Source: the human T2T-CHM13v2.0 reference genome, Homo sapiens
DNA: 64,000 nucleotides
Assembly: GCF_009914755.1 (NCBI RefSeq)
Contig: NC_060936.1
Reading direction: 5' to 3' (one strand)
The notes under the pieces were generated by a model. It did no database searches and was not told the DNA's origin. It worked only from the letters and a program-made list of their open reading frames with translations. Of the stretch, positions 13,274-26,672 are shown one piece after another. The translations under genes were made by a program, and so were the position numbers. Within the stretch, counting starts at the first letter, position 1; each line of letters begins with the position of its first letter.

Positions 13274-13811
13274 TGTTACTGAAAAGGGGTCCCAATCCAG
13301 ACCCCAAGAGATGATTCTTAGATCTCATGCAAGTCTCAGGGTGAGTCAGTAAAGTGAAAACAAGTTTATAAACAAAGCAGAGGGATAAAAGAATGGCTAT
13401 GCCATAGAGCAGCCCTGACGGCTGCCGGTTGCCCATTTTTATGGTTATTTTCTTGATTATATGCTAAACAAGGGGTGGATTATTCATGCTTCCCCCTTTC
13501 AGACCATATAGGGTAACTTCCTGACTTTGCCATGGCATTTGTAAACTGTCATGGCACTGGTGGGAGTGTAGCAGTGAGGATGATCAGTGATCACTCTCGT
13601 TGCCATCTTGGTTTTGGTGGGGTTTGGCCAGCTTCTTTACTGCAACCTGTTTTATGGGCAAGGTCTTTGTGACCTGTATCTTGTGCTGACCGCCTATCTC
13701 ATCTTGTGACTTAGAATGCCTAACTATCTGGGAATGCAGCCAGTAGGTCTCAGCCCCATTTCACCCAGTCCCTTTCCAGATGGAGTTGCCCTGGTTCGAA
13801 CACTTCTGACA
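13274..13811 (-). mobile_element. MER41A solo LTR (ERV1)
   Basis: tgttactgaaaaggggtcccaatccagaccccaagag...gatggagttgccctggttcgaacacttctgaca; 4-bp TSD ctta/cttg; lacks the GAS-bearing segment of MER41B. Confidence 0.88.
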
Positions 13812-13836
13812 CTTGGATTAAAAGCTCCACAAAGGC

Positions 13837-14128
13837 AGCCAGGCACGGGGGCTTATGCCTGTAATCCCAGCACTTTGGGAGGCTGAGGCAGGCAGATCAC
13901 GAGGTCAAGAGATCAAGACCATCCTGGCCAACATGGTGGAACCCCATCTGTACTAAAATACAAAAATTAGCTGGGCGTGGTGGCGTGCACCCATAATCCC
14001 AGCTACTCGGGAGGCTGAGGCAGGACAACTGCTTGAACTCGGAGGTGCAGGTTGCAGTGAGCTGAGATGGTGCCACCGCACTCCAGCCTGGCGACAGAGC
14101 GACACTCCATCTCAATTTAAAAAAAAAA
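13837..14128 (+). mobile_element. AluSc
   Basis: Diagnostic gatcacgaggtcaagagatc and cctggcgacagagc; TSD ctccacaaaggc on both sides. Confidence 0.93.
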
Positions 14129-14149
14129 TCTCCACAAAGGCAGAGCTTA

Positions 14150-14317
14150 TCTCTCTTTTTCATTCCCTTGTTTTCTCTCTTTTTTCTCCTCACTTTGTTT
14201 CTCCTTTTTTCTTCCCTCCCTCTCCCCAAACCTCTTCTTCCTCTTCTTCCTCTTTTTCTCCTCCTCCTCCTTCTCTTTATCTGCTTTCTTCTTCATCTCT
14301 CTCTCTCTCTCCCTCTC
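14150..14317. repeat. CT-rich low-complexity polypyrimidine tract
   Basis: Nearly pure C/T including (CTT/CCT)n and (CT)n. Confidence 0.9.
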
Positions 14318-14322
14318 ATAAA

Positions 14323-14853
14323 TGTAGGTTTCATCATTATTCAGATATGGTGAGGGCAATGGATTAGGAAACAACTCACAGTTCCTAAGAGGAGGGGGCA
14401 CGCTGTACCATACAAGGCGACATGGGGAAACACCAGGCACAGTCCAGAATCAGGAGCAAAGGAGGAGAAAGCATGGCCAAAAGCCTTTATTGTGTTTTCT
14501 TTAGGAAGGAACAGGACGAGAAAGGTAAACAGGCTTAGTTAGGATTGGCTAGTTTGAATTTCAGTGGGCTTTGGGCTATAGGGGTGGCCTCTAGTTGTTT
14601 AGTACCTTGGCCCTCAGGTGATTTAGGGCACGGGTGTGGTGTTCTGGATCACAGGAGACTGGTAAAAGGAGGTGGGTGTGGGAGGATATGAACTCAGGAT
14701 TGGTGGTTTGCATATCAAAGTCTTATTCCTGTCAAATTTTTTGCTGTCTCTAGGAATTAGCTAACCCTGGGAAAGAACAATCTCTCCTAGCTCCTCAGTC
14801 CCCAAGATGTCAGAGCATCATAAAATATAGAAAATAAAAACATGACTAATATA
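14323..14853 (-). mobile_element. ERVL LTR, MER68/MER76-like
   Basis: cagatatggtgagggcaa...actcacagttcctaagaggagggggca...aggattggctagtttgaat...aaacatgactaatata. Subfamily and strand from memory. Confidence 0.7.
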
Positions 14854-15944
14854 CCCTCTCTTTGTTTCTCTTCATATTCATACACCGAAGTTATAATCAG
14901 TGTGAAATGGAACTCAATCCATTGCTCATTTAGAACCTATAGCAACAAAAGGGAAATAAATCAGCAAAAATGCACTCCAGAATATGCATAGCAGATTCCA
15001 AAATAAACACCCTTCCAGAACTAATTTTCTTTTAAATAAATTTTTAATTGAAAAATTAATGATTAAGTTTCAAAAGATTTACATTTGTGTTTTACTATAG
15101 TAAAAGATGTGAAAGCAAAAAAATCAGAACTAAGCCAATGGCCCTATGGGAAGCACAAAGGCCCAGAACCTGGCAACTCTGTCCTTAAGGATAAAGGAGA
15201 TTTCCACTTTGGTCTTTGTACTCAGAAAGACATTTTTTAAGAAAATTATTATTATTTTTTAACAAGAACATGCATGCTGATCTGAGTACCCAGGAGCAAT
15301 AACTACAGTGTAGCCATATTATCTTAAACCCCTCCCCACTCACCCCACCAACAATGGTCTCAGAACAATTTATGATTCAGCAACACATTTTGGAGCATTT
15401 TGGGGCAAGAACATTAGCATGTAATTAAAGAAGGAAGTCTAGGCTTCAGTCTGTTGAAAACCCTAGAATAATGTTCAGTCAATATGAGGCAGAATATATT
15501 TAAATGTCAGCTTTTTACTTGCAAAAAAAAATTAATAATGAGTAACATGGAGAAGCTGAATCCATTGAGAAAATAAAAATTATTCCATGTCTCCTCTAGC
15601 AGAGTAAATCATAAATATGATATACTGGTTGGACTTTTTCTCCTTAATGCACATTTACATTTTCATTCCAGGTCAAAAAGAATTCAAGAGGCAATATCTG
15701 TGATTGGAGTACAAGCTGCTTATAAAAGAGGATTAGAGATTAAAAACATACAATATATAAAATGAAGGATTATTGGAGAACAGGGTGGCTAAGTTTAAAA
15801 AAGGCTTCACATAGTCCCTTCTCTGAAATTATTAGGAAACAAACCATATGCATTTAAGCTGCTGCTTCTATCAAGCTGTACCTTCCCAATTATACTGAAT
15901 ATTGCTTCTGGAAGGGTGAAAACGTGTTGTAACTAAAATGGTAT

Positions 15945-16160
15945 TAACTGACATTCCTATGACCTTTTGCACATGTATTACCTCATTTAATGCTGAGAAC
16001 ATTGTGAAATTCAGGTTATTGTTTTTATTTTACAGATGATGAAAGAAAGGGTCAAAGGTTTATGTGATAATCCAAGTTTAAATAGCCTGTAATTGGCTAA
16101 ACTAGGATTCAAGTTCAGATCTTGTTGATTACAAGTTTCATGTGCTTTCAACTGCAACAT
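15945..16160 (-). mobile_element. MIR
   Basis: cctcatttaatgct...attttacagatgatgaa...ggattcaagttcagatct. Confidence 0.75.
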
Positions 16161-19100
16161 CCTGCCTCCTTGCCCACTGGAGGTACCAGATAGATGTATG
16201 TTGAAATATACCAAGTTGGATTTCAAATTTTGAAGGAATTCCAAGATTACATAGAGATTTATTTTCTTTAGCATCCATTTCTTTTTGAAATTTAAAATAG
16301 GCATATGAACAAAAAGTAGACTTGGTCAGCAAAACACTGGGAATTTTTGATGGCGATAGGAGACTAGAACTAGGAGCAGGAGGATTGAACTTTCCTTAGG
16401 TCCTTTAAAAAAATTTCCATCCTCTACTTTCAGGTGTACAGCCTGCCTGCAGCTGATTTGGGGGATATATCAAAGCCACCTGTTTCTTCTTCCTTTTTCT
16501 ACCAATCAGAGCCTAACACTAGTCTAGTCATCAGTGGAATGACTATCCATTTTTGAGGTATACTTGGAGAGGAAAGAAAGGATAAGACCTGGTTATCTGT
16601 CTGTGAGGACATGGGTCATTTTTCACTACTATTGGACTGGAAAATGTGCTCTGCGGTGATAGCCACAGATAGTTACTTCTCTATCCTCATCTGTCTCCTA
16701 GGACAGCTCCCCAGATGATGTGAGACTTGGTGATGATTCCACTGGTTTCTGCCAGGTGGTACGCACCCCATTCCCAGTCCGCCAGTCGCCATCATCCAAT
16801 GGCTGCTTCCCTTTGGCTAGTTGGTCCCCTTCTAAGAGTGACTATTGTGGATAAAGGGAATACGTGACGAAGTATCAGAGAGATCATGAAGCTGAAATAC
16901 CATAGAAATTTGGTTTGCCTAGAAAATATCTCCTAGGCACAAATTTTTTCTTTTGTTAGATTATTGTCTTTGCAACAAGTGTAGCATAGAAAGCAGTGGC
17001 TTGTGTTATTTTCTCTCTGAGCCCCAAAAGCCATTTATGTATTTCTTGCTAACCATTTTTGTGATGGCCAAATTGGACATTGTTGACTTTGTCATATCAA
17101 TCAGTGACTTGAGGCCACAACTGTAAGCCAGGTAGGCTCTCTTGCTTCTGGAATGTTCAAAATGTGGATAATGCTGATATTTTCCTTGTGACTTGTTGCA
17201 AACTGTTATGCATAGCTATTAGAGTCCTTGGTCTCTTCTTTGGGGAGGGTCAGGAGAGGGGTACAGTGGCAGGTGGCAAATTAGATGACCAATCCTTGTT
17301 ATGTTTCCTTAGCAATAATAAACTTTTGCATTTGCTCCTTCATGGAGATTTCTTTATTTATTCATTCAAAGAGGAACAGATTCTCTCAACATCCCTTCTG
17401 GCCCTTAAATTTGATGATTCTGTGACTCAAATATCAGTCTTCTGTCAAAATCTTAGTTGTACAGCTGGGCTAAATGAACCTACCTTTGATTGTGCATGAA
17501 CTCCCATCCATCTTGAATTTAGGAAAAAAATGCTTCTCTAACATGCTCCAGAGATACTCTAATAAACCTAATGGCAAATCACCTCTCCCACAGGTCAAGG
17601 ACAGCAGCTTAATGCAAAGCTCGAGCACTATTGGGATTTAGTTGTGACAAGATTCCACTAATGCTGCTTTGGCAAAACTTTATTTATAAAGCACTGAAAT
17701 GGATGGCCTCTGGGTTTTATGCCCTAGGGATGGGATACAGCTTGCTATCTTTAAAAAAATTTGAGTAGATTGTTACTGATTGGGCCAAAGGGACATAGAA
17801 CTAGTCATAGAAAACTAAAATAAAAGCTAAATCTATTTTGATGATATCTATGGCAGGGGAGGAGAGTGAGTGCAGGAAAGGAGAGGAGTTTCATTTAACA
17901 TTTGCCTCCCTGGGCAGTAAAAACTAGGTCAAATGGTTAAAACAGCTCTGTACATCTAATGTGCTATTAGACCATACCAAGCAGTTTTACAAGATGTAGT
18001 CTACTTATATAGGGGTAGCTGTAATATATAAATTCCAAATTTTGGATTCATGGCCTATGGTGCATGCATAATTTCTCACTTGATATCACTTCTAGTGTTG
18101 GCTGTTTTTCATATTGCACCCGGATATAAAATTTGAAACCTTTTCCTTTAATTATACTAATTGTGTAACTTCAGTTTTAAGACTAGTGCAGTAAAATATC
18201 CTAGTTTATCAACTAGAATTGTTAATGATTAGATATGTATCAAACTTTATCATAAAACATTTGGGACAAGAATGTTAGATGGGGTGGGATAAGTGGGAGT
18301 GATATGATAAAATATAGTCACATTTGATTAGTTACAAAGAAGAAATAAATCATCATTATGCTGAGTTGATAGTGCATTTAGAGTAAGGCCTATTTGCTTA
18401 GAACCCCAAACTATAAGTATAGCATCTTGGGAGAAATGAGGTTGCTTAACATGATATGTCTCTCAAAGTTGTTCAAAGCCAAAGCCCCAGAGGAACTTCA
18501 TAAAGCTAGATATCACATTTCTAATCTGTCCTTGGCATGTCAACAGATAGAGTTAAAAATTTGAAATTTATCATATGTCAGTTAAGAATAAAATTGACAA
18601 CAGAAGTTTGAAAAAATAATAGGGAACAGTTTGTGCAATTGGCTTCCACTTGTGGCCACTGGTCATTAGTCTGGGCAAATCTGCAGGGTATGGACAAAGT
18701 GCCTATGGACATTTAAATTAGTATGTTGAAATAAAAATGTTATTATGCATATGGTATGCTTTACCTCATTCAGAGCTTGACACATTTTGCCTATGAATAT
18801 CATTAGGTAGGAGGATGGGCTTTCTAGGAACCATGCTCAGGGCCATCCCTGTTGTTTTCCAATATAGTGATAATTGGTATCAGTCATATAAGCTGAGAAT
18901 AAGGACACTGGACTTCTTGATGCTCTTGGCTTTCAGGCTAAATATCCATATTTCCTTAGATTAGTAACTCAAGATGAAAGATGATGGACAATAGCTTCAA
19001 TAAGCAAAGAGTCATGGCATGTAAAACAGGCTAAAGTTAGCTAGAAAGGTGGGGCATAGAGTACTTTTTAAACTTCATAAAATTCCCAATGATTATAGAT

Positions 19101-19934
19101 CTTTATGTCAAAATATTCAAGGTTGAAATTACTGAAACCCACAAGAGCAGGTGTTCTAAATGATAATCTAAGGTATAATTAGAGTTTCTGAAGAACACTA
19201 TGAGGTAGAGTTAATTGAAAGACTATATGGTTAATTATGGAATGATTTATTAAAAAATTAAAAATAGACTGACATGTTATAAAAACCCTTATTTTTCAAA
19301 TCCGTATTTTGACTAAACATAAAGCTGAAATATGTTACTACTTTGATTTAAAAAATGTAAACAATTTAGTTATATCTTCAAAATGCTATATAATTATCTC
19401 ATTTTTATTATATTATACCTCATTATTTACATAATACATAGGTTGTTTCCAAGGTTCACAAAAACCACACTGAACAGACAGATTACAGGGATAAGTGGTA
19501 GGACAGTGCTTTAAATTCCACTTGGATTAAAGGATTCAAAAACATAGAATGAAATAGAGAGGTAGCCCTGTCCCCTTGATATTTATAACCACTTTGGATA
19601 CTCAAATTTAAATTACTGTAATCTTTATGTGTCTATCAATAACTTCTTAGTCACCTCTTTGATTTTTTTTTCATTTCCCAAAAAAACTGATCTAAAACTC
19701 TATAATTATTAGAAAAGAATTTTAATGGATGATCGTGGCTGCTGGTATGACAAGTTAGAACAAGAATTCTGCAGATGTAGGACTTCATTTGAATACTGGT
19801 ATGTGGGGGTAAGAATTGCACACTATTGATAAGGAAGAGATCAAACATGGGGAGCTGGAAAGAGTACTGAGGCATCACATCATCCCTGTTTATTGTGCAA
19901 ATAATAAAATTAAGGTCCAATGAGATTAAGCAAT

Positions 19935-20290
19935 TGCTATGGTCTGAAATGTGTCCTCCAAAATTCGTGTGTTGAAACTTAATGGCCAATGTGAAACTAT
20001 TAGGAGGTAGGGCCTTTGGAAGGTGATTAAGTCATAAGGGTGGAGCGCTCAGGAATGAAATTAGGGACCTTATACAAAGGGCTTGAGGAGTGTGTTCACT
20101 GTCTAGTGCTATGTGATGACATATTGTTGAAGAGACCATCTTGAAGCAGAGAGCAGCCCTCACTAGACACTGAAACTGCCAGTGCCTCCATCTGGACTCC
20201 AGCCTTCAGACCTGTGAGAAATACATTTCTGTTGCTGTAAACTACCCAGTCTCAGGTACCTTGTTAGAGCAACATGTATGGACTAAGATA
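19935..20290 (+). mobile_element. MaLR solo LTR (MSTC/MSTD-like) inserted in a MIR
   Basis: tgctatggtctgaaatgtgtcctccaaaattc...ggactaagata; 5-bp TSD gcaat/gcaac. Confidence 0.85.
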
Positions 20291-20594
20291 GCAACTTTCT
20301 CAAAATTCCAATAGAAAGCACTAAATTCATGGGGAAAAATATTAATAATTTGATTAGAGAACAGTAGCTTGGCAAAATCTGTGAAAGAATTACATTAAAC
20401 ATACTGTGGGGTTCAGGAGAAAGAAGGCATCACATTCAGTAGCAGGAATTTAAAAAGGCATCAAAAAGAGAGTGACATTCTATATGGCCTTTAAAAATGA
20501 GAATTTAGAATTTTCAAACTTGAGGGTAGAGAAATGACAAAAGGGAAGTATTCTATTGTGAATGGCCTTGTAGCAGAAAAGATAGGACCCATTA

Positions 20595-20840
20595 AAGTAA
20601 GGTTTCTCATCCTCAGCACCGTTGACCTTTGGGAGCAGATAATTCTTTTCTGTGGGTTCTGTTCTGCGCATTGTAGAATGCTTAGCAGTATCCCTAAATT
20701 CTATCCACTATATGCCAGTCGTATACCTTTCTCCCCACCATGCTGGATTTGTGACAGCCAAAACGATCTCCAGATATTGTCAAATGTCCCTGAGGGGACA
20801 AAGGGGCAAAATTGCTCCCCTATGCCCTTGACAACCACTG
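20595..20840. mobile_element. MER20 (hAT-Charlie)
   Basis: ggtttctcatcctcagcaccgttgac...cagataattcttt...ctccagatattgtcaaatgtccc...aaccactg. Confidence 0.88.
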
Positions 20841-21859
20841 CATCAGACTATCAGAGAACCTTCAAGGAAGGGTCTTGGTCACTGTGTATACATTAGTCAC
20901 TCCTAAATGCTTGTTAAGAATTAAGAAGGAAGAAAAGGATGGGAGAAAGGAGGGAAGAAAGAACATAAAAGGATGACATATATTCATTTTTTTCCTGAAA
21001 ACTGTTACTAAGTTAAAAGTCAATGCATTTTTTTTTTCATTCATTTTAATGGGAAAATTGTGATGCATTCCATCTCAAACTGAGATATGTATCCAAATAA
21101 TATTCACAGAAAAATATATAAATTTAACTCTATTGTTTTACTTTCAGACATACAATTCAGCATAAGGAAGGTTTTTTTGTACTCAACAAAGTGGGAAGAG
21201 AGGTGTGATAGTAGGTGCATTGGTGGTAGGGATGAGGAAGGTCATTCCTTGGAAGGTGTAAATAGATGATCTACTTTTAGCAGGCAACCTCTTTGTGACT
21301 CATTTAAAAATGAGGTAATAGTACAGAAAAACATCTTCAGAGAAAATAAAGGTTAAAAATGAGTGTTTCAGGACATATGAAAATAGTCCAATGAATACAA
21401 GAGAATGAAGAGGTGGGAAAGTTGCTGCCTTTCATCCCATTCACAAAACAAAATGCTTTGAGTTCATCCAAATATGGTACATATTCTAATGTGCCCCCTC
21501 GATAGTCTCAAACCAGAAAGTGTTGCATCAAGAACATTGGTGAGAGTACCTTTCCCTTAAGAGCAATGTTGGTATGTTACTTTGCAGAGTGCATATTTTT
21601 TGGGGGGGGGGGGTGGGGAGGGTGGTTCAAATATTATTAAACTGAGTAACAAAAGTCATAGATATTTTCAAGAACCTTTATGATATAAAATTGTCAACTG
21701 AACAAGCACCTTGTGATGAAAGTTTGTATACGGAAGAGCTGACGGGAGACAAAGCTGTGAAAGCAGAGCGAGGACATACAATTTCACAAGTATTATGGTC
21801 AAGTGTGTGGGACATAAAGAGAAAAAAATGAAGTCGGCTTTCAGAGGAACTAATAATCA

Positions 21860-22795
21860 GAGGGCAATGAAGGTTATCATTGAGGAGGGGACAAATGGAG
21901 ATTTATATAGAGGAAGTCGTATCTTGCCAGGAAGAAAAAGGAGGAGGAGTCTTGACCACTTCAATTTCAGGGGCTGTGTGCAGAGGAAGAAGCTCGGAGA
22001 GGCAAGACAGCCAGGGGTGAAGATTGTTGAGACTGAGTGACTCAGTGCTCTCCTGCAGGAGTCTAAGAGGGTAGAAGGAGCTCAATCAGAGTAACTCCAT
22101 CTCTAGTTTCTTTAAACAGACAGAGGGCCAGAGTTTACAATTTCTGAGCTGTTTTCAATTTCTGTGTGCTGTGAATTAGAACCAGAATATTCTAGAGGCC
22201 CACAGAAGGGCCACAGGAAACAGCTAAGTAGAGAGCCAGTGTGGCCCTGCCACTAGCACAGTTGTGAAAGGGCCATGCTGACCCCAAACCAGAGGCTGGT
22301 GGTGGACAGTGGGAGGAACTGGAAGCATTTGAGGGGGAACAAAGCAGCAGGGAAGAGGACTGGGCCAGAGTAAGAAGCACAGACTTCAGCAGCAGATGCA
22401 ACAAAAATTCCCAGAGACAAGGCCAGTGATGGCCCATTGTCACCAGTTCAGGAGGGAGCCCAGGGAGAAGTGAAGATATACGGTTCTGTCCGAGGATGCC
22501 ATCCAGTTCTGCCATCATGAGGTGTCACCAAAATGCCATCTGGGGGAAAGCAGAGGGAGGAAGATGGATATATGAGAGATTTACATTTTTGCTCCAAGAG
22601 ACTGCACATTACTTAAAGGAACCATTATAAATTGTTCCATTAACTAGATTGGACTAATCTTTAGTTGTTGTGTTTTTTTTCTGCCACCCTCCTAAGTAGA
22701 ACCCATGAGTAAAAGTCAGAGCAGTATTAGAGAAAAAAACTACATTTTCTTTGCAAAACCAGAATGCAGTGTGAGTAAATATGACCCCATTTTAT
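21860..22795 (+). mobile_element. possible ancient Gypsy-like LTR (MamGypLTR/LTR8x class)
   Basis: Purine-rich body ending actacattttctttgcaaaaccagaatgcagtgtgagtaaat; family from memory and uncertain. Confidence 0.4.
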
Positions 22796-22844
22796 AAATC
22801 CCCAGTTCAGTACAGAATAGGCATTTAAAAATGGTTGCTATTAT

Positions 22845-23190
22845 TATAGGACTTGATAACTGATTGGATTTGGGAGGCTGAGAGCGGGCAGAATCACAGA
22901 AGATGCCAAGATTTTGACCTGAATAATATGGGAGAATGAGGGCACATCTTTTAAAAATATAGACATCAGCAAGATGAGATTGTTTGGAGTAAAGATATGG
23001 TGCTATGAAAACAAGAGGGTTGATGAGTTCTGGAACATGGAATAGTTGAGAGTAATGAGTACATAAATATAAAGTGCTGCATATTTATAATGTTAAGTAG
23101 TAGGGGGTCCTGAGGATCAGGAAAAAGATTATTTATAGAAACTAGATCCTTGTGGTTGAAGGAAGACGAATGAAAGTCTTGAGAGTGAGT
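22845..23190 (-). mobile_element. L2 fragment
   Basis: aggacttgataactgattggat...gatgccaagatttt. Confidence 0.65.
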
Positions 23191-23809
23191 CACAGGTTTT
23201 ATTCTTTCCTTGTAATTGTTGGCTCCAAAAAGTGGCCTATACATGAACTGACATTGGAATTTTCATAAGTGACCTAAATGCAACAAATCATATATAGCCA
23301 TAGTTTGTTATTGACACACAGTCAATGCTCAAATAAAATTTAGATTATCGATATTTTTAATTGTAGAAACAAATTGGTCTTCTCATCCTCTTTTGATTGT
23401 TCTGCTTCGATGAGGACCATTTTGGGGGAGGGAACAGGAGAATTGGGGTGGATAGCATGGTGTGTTCCCATTCTTTCTATTCTGTTTCTCTCCTCTCGCA
23501 GCATCACTATTTCTTAGCACTCCTGGTGGAAGAAAATAGTTTTCTGGAAGTTCTGTATTCCATTGTAAGAGGTTCAAAAAGTTTAACATTTATAAAGGTC
23601 AGGATCATTGGAACTAAATTCCTCCGCTGGTACTTATGTTTATATTTTGGTTAGTTTGTTTTGATAGGCATTTGCTCAAGTGGGCCTTGATAAGGGAACT
23701 ACGAAGTGTAAATGAGAAAACTTCTAACAGAATGTGGGAGGAAATAAACAAATTGTATCTACATTTTTAGCTGGATTGGTTTATCTGGAAGTATGAGTCT
23801 CTTGCTCTC

Positions 23810-23813
<4 letters not shown>

Positions 23814-23870
<57 letters not shown>
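23814..23870. repeat. compound (TG)n(AG)n microsatellite
   Basis: Seen directly in sequence. Confidence 0.97.
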
Positions 23871-24283
23871 CTCAGGAGAGATCCTTGTCACTGAGCTTCC
23901 CTGGCAAGAGTGTTCTACTCTTTTTTTTTTTTTTGTATAAAACATACTACTAATAAACTCATTTTCTACTCTACGGCTTTGAGGGTGTGTGAAAGTGTGA
24001 GTGATTTTTCCGTTTGTGCTCAGCAGTGAGAGAAAGGGAAAAGGAGAATATTGAAAGTTGGAGAGGGACCCAGAAGAACCTCAAGTGTAACAAAAGATCT
24101 AGTGGTTGACAGTAGAATTAAGTCAATGGAAGGGATCAAATGAGAGGGGCTGAACTAGGGTTGGAAGGATTAATGTAATTCAGAAAACAGATGGAGAAGT
24201 TAGGATGAACAAAATGTAGGTTTAAAAAATGTGAATATTTTATTTGAAATTACTTGCTATAGTAATGTATGATATTCAGTATA

Positions 24284-26672
24284 CAGGCGTACTTTGGAGA
24301 TATGGCTGGTTGAGTTCCAGACCAATGCAATGAAGTGAAAATGGCAAGAAAGTGAGAATTTTCTGGTTTTCCAGTGCATATTGAAGTTATGTTTATACTA
24401 TACTATAGTCTGGTAAGTGTTCATAGCATTATGTCTATACAAATAATGTGCACACTTTAATTTAAAAAAAATACTGCATTGCTAAAAATCGCTAATGATC
24501 ACCTGAACTTTCAATAAGTTATAATCTTTTTCCTGGTGGAGGGTCTTGCCTTGATGTTGATGGCTGTTGACTAATCAGGTGAAGGTTGAGGTTGCTGTGA
24601 GAATTTCTTTAAAAAGACAACAGCCCCAACAATAAGAAGTTTGCCTTATCCATTGGCTCTTCCTTCCATGAAAGATTTATCTGCAGCATGTGGTATTTGA
24701 TAGCATTTTACCCACTGTAGAGCTTCTTTCAATATTGGAGTCAAGACTTTCAAACTCTGCTGCTGCTTTATCAACTAAGTTTATGTAATATTCTGTGTTG
24801 TTATTTTAACAATGTTCATAGCATCATCACCAGGAGTAGATTCCATCTCAACAAACCACTTTCTTTGCTCATTCATAAGAAACAACTACTCATCCATTAA
24901 AATTTTATCATGTGATTGCAACAATTCAGTCACATCTTCAGGCTCCATGTCTAATTCTAGTTCCCTTGCTATTTTCATCACATCTGCAGTTACCTCCTCC
25001 ACTGAAGTCTTAAAGCCCTCCAAGTCCTTCATGGGGGTTAGGATAATTTCTTCCACACTCCTATTACTGTTGATCTTTTGACCTTCTTCCTTGAAATACA
25101 AATGTTCTTAATGCCATCTAGAATGATGAATCCTTTCCCAAAGGCTTTCAATTTACTTTTCTCATATTCATCAGAAGAATAATTATCTATGGAAACTATA
25201 GACTTACAGAATATATTTCTTAAGTAATAAGATTTGAAAGATGAAATTACTCCTTGATTTATGGGCTGCAGAATGGATGGTGTGTTAGTGGGCATAAAAA
25301 CAACACTAATCTCTATCAGAGCTCTTGGATGACTAGGTGCATTGTCAGTGAGCAGTAATATTTTGAAAATAATTTTTTTTCTGAGCAGTAGGTCTCAACA
25401 GTGGGCTTAAAATATTCAGTAAACCATGCTGTAAACAGATGTATCATGAAAGCGTTGTTGTTCCATTAATAGAGCACAGGCAAAGTAGATTTAGCATCAT
25501 TCCTAAGGGCCCTATGATTTTCAGAATGTTCAATAAGCCTTGGCTTCATCTTATAGTCACCAGCTGCCTTAGCCCCTAAAAAGAGAGTCAGCCTGTTCTA
25601 TGAAGCTTTGAAGCCAGACATTGACTTTTCCTCTGTAGCTATGAAAGTCCTAGATGCTATCTTCCTCCAATTTAAAACTGTTTCATCTACATGGAAAATC
25701 TGTTGTTTAGTGCAGCCACCTTCATCCATTACCTTAGCTAGATCTTCTGGATACCTTGCTGCAGCTTCTCCATCAGCACTTTCTGCTTCACCTTGCACTT
25801 TTATGTTATGGAGATGGCTCCTTTCCTTAAACCTCACAAACCCATCTCTGCTAGCTTCAAACTTTTCTTCTGCAGCTTCCTTACCTCTCTCAGCCTTCAT
25901 AGAATTGATGAGCGTTAGAGGCTTGCTCTGGTTTAGGCTTTGGCTTAAGGAAATGTTGTGGCTGGTTTGATCTTTTATCCAGAACCACTAAAACTGTCTC
26001 CATATTAGCAATAAGGCTGTTTCATTTTCCCATCATTCACGTGTTCACTGGAGTAGTACTTTTAATGACTTTCAAGAACTTTTCCTTTGCAGTCACAGCT
26101 TGGCAACTGTTTGTTATAAGAGGCCCAGTTTTCAGACTGTGTCAGTTTTTGACATGCCTTCCTCACTAAGCTTAATCATTTCTAGCTTTTGTTTTAAAGT
26201 AAGAGATGTGCAACTCTTCTTTCCATTTGAACACTTAGAGGCCATCCAAGGGTTAATAATTGGCCTAATTCCAATATTGTTGTGTCTCAGGGAATGGAGA
26301 GCCCCAAGGAGAGGGAGAGCATGGGGAATTGCCAGTTGGTGGAGTAGTTAGAACACATACAACATATATTACTTGTTTGTCACCTTACATGAGCATGGAT
26401 TGTAGCACCCAAAAAACAATTATAATAGTAACATCAAAGATTACTGAACACAGATCACCATAACAGTTATAATAATGATGAAAAAGTTTGGAATATTGCA
26501 AGGATTACCAAAATGTGACTGATGCAGAGACACAAAGTGAGCACTTGCTGTTGGAAATAATGGCACCAACAGACTTGCTTGATACAAGGTTGCCACAAAC
26601 CTTCAATTTGTGAAAAACACAGTTATCTATGAAGTGCAATGAAGTGAACTGCAACAAAATGAAGTGTGCCTG
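24284..26672 (-). mobile_element. Tigger1 (TcMar/pogo) DNA transposon, near full length, transposase inactivated
   Basis: Termini caggcgtac...gtgtgcctg flanked by TA; minus-strand ORF pieces such as [36 protein letters not shown] and PTNTPSILQPINQGVISSFKSYYLR match pogo/CENP-B-type DDE transposase. Confidence 0.96.

Noticed and set aside
13897-14440. Lys/Arg/Glu-rich and Leu-rich ORFs
   Set aside because: Artefacts of the CT-rich tract and the adjacent Alu.
22032-22046. Palindrome actgagt-g-actcagt containing an AP-1 site
   Set aside because: 7-bp arms are expected by chance in 64 kb, and it has no supporting context.
24886-25900. Transposase-like ORFs as a domesticated TIGD gene
   Set aside because: Split by stops and frameshifts inside an ordinary Tigger1 copy.
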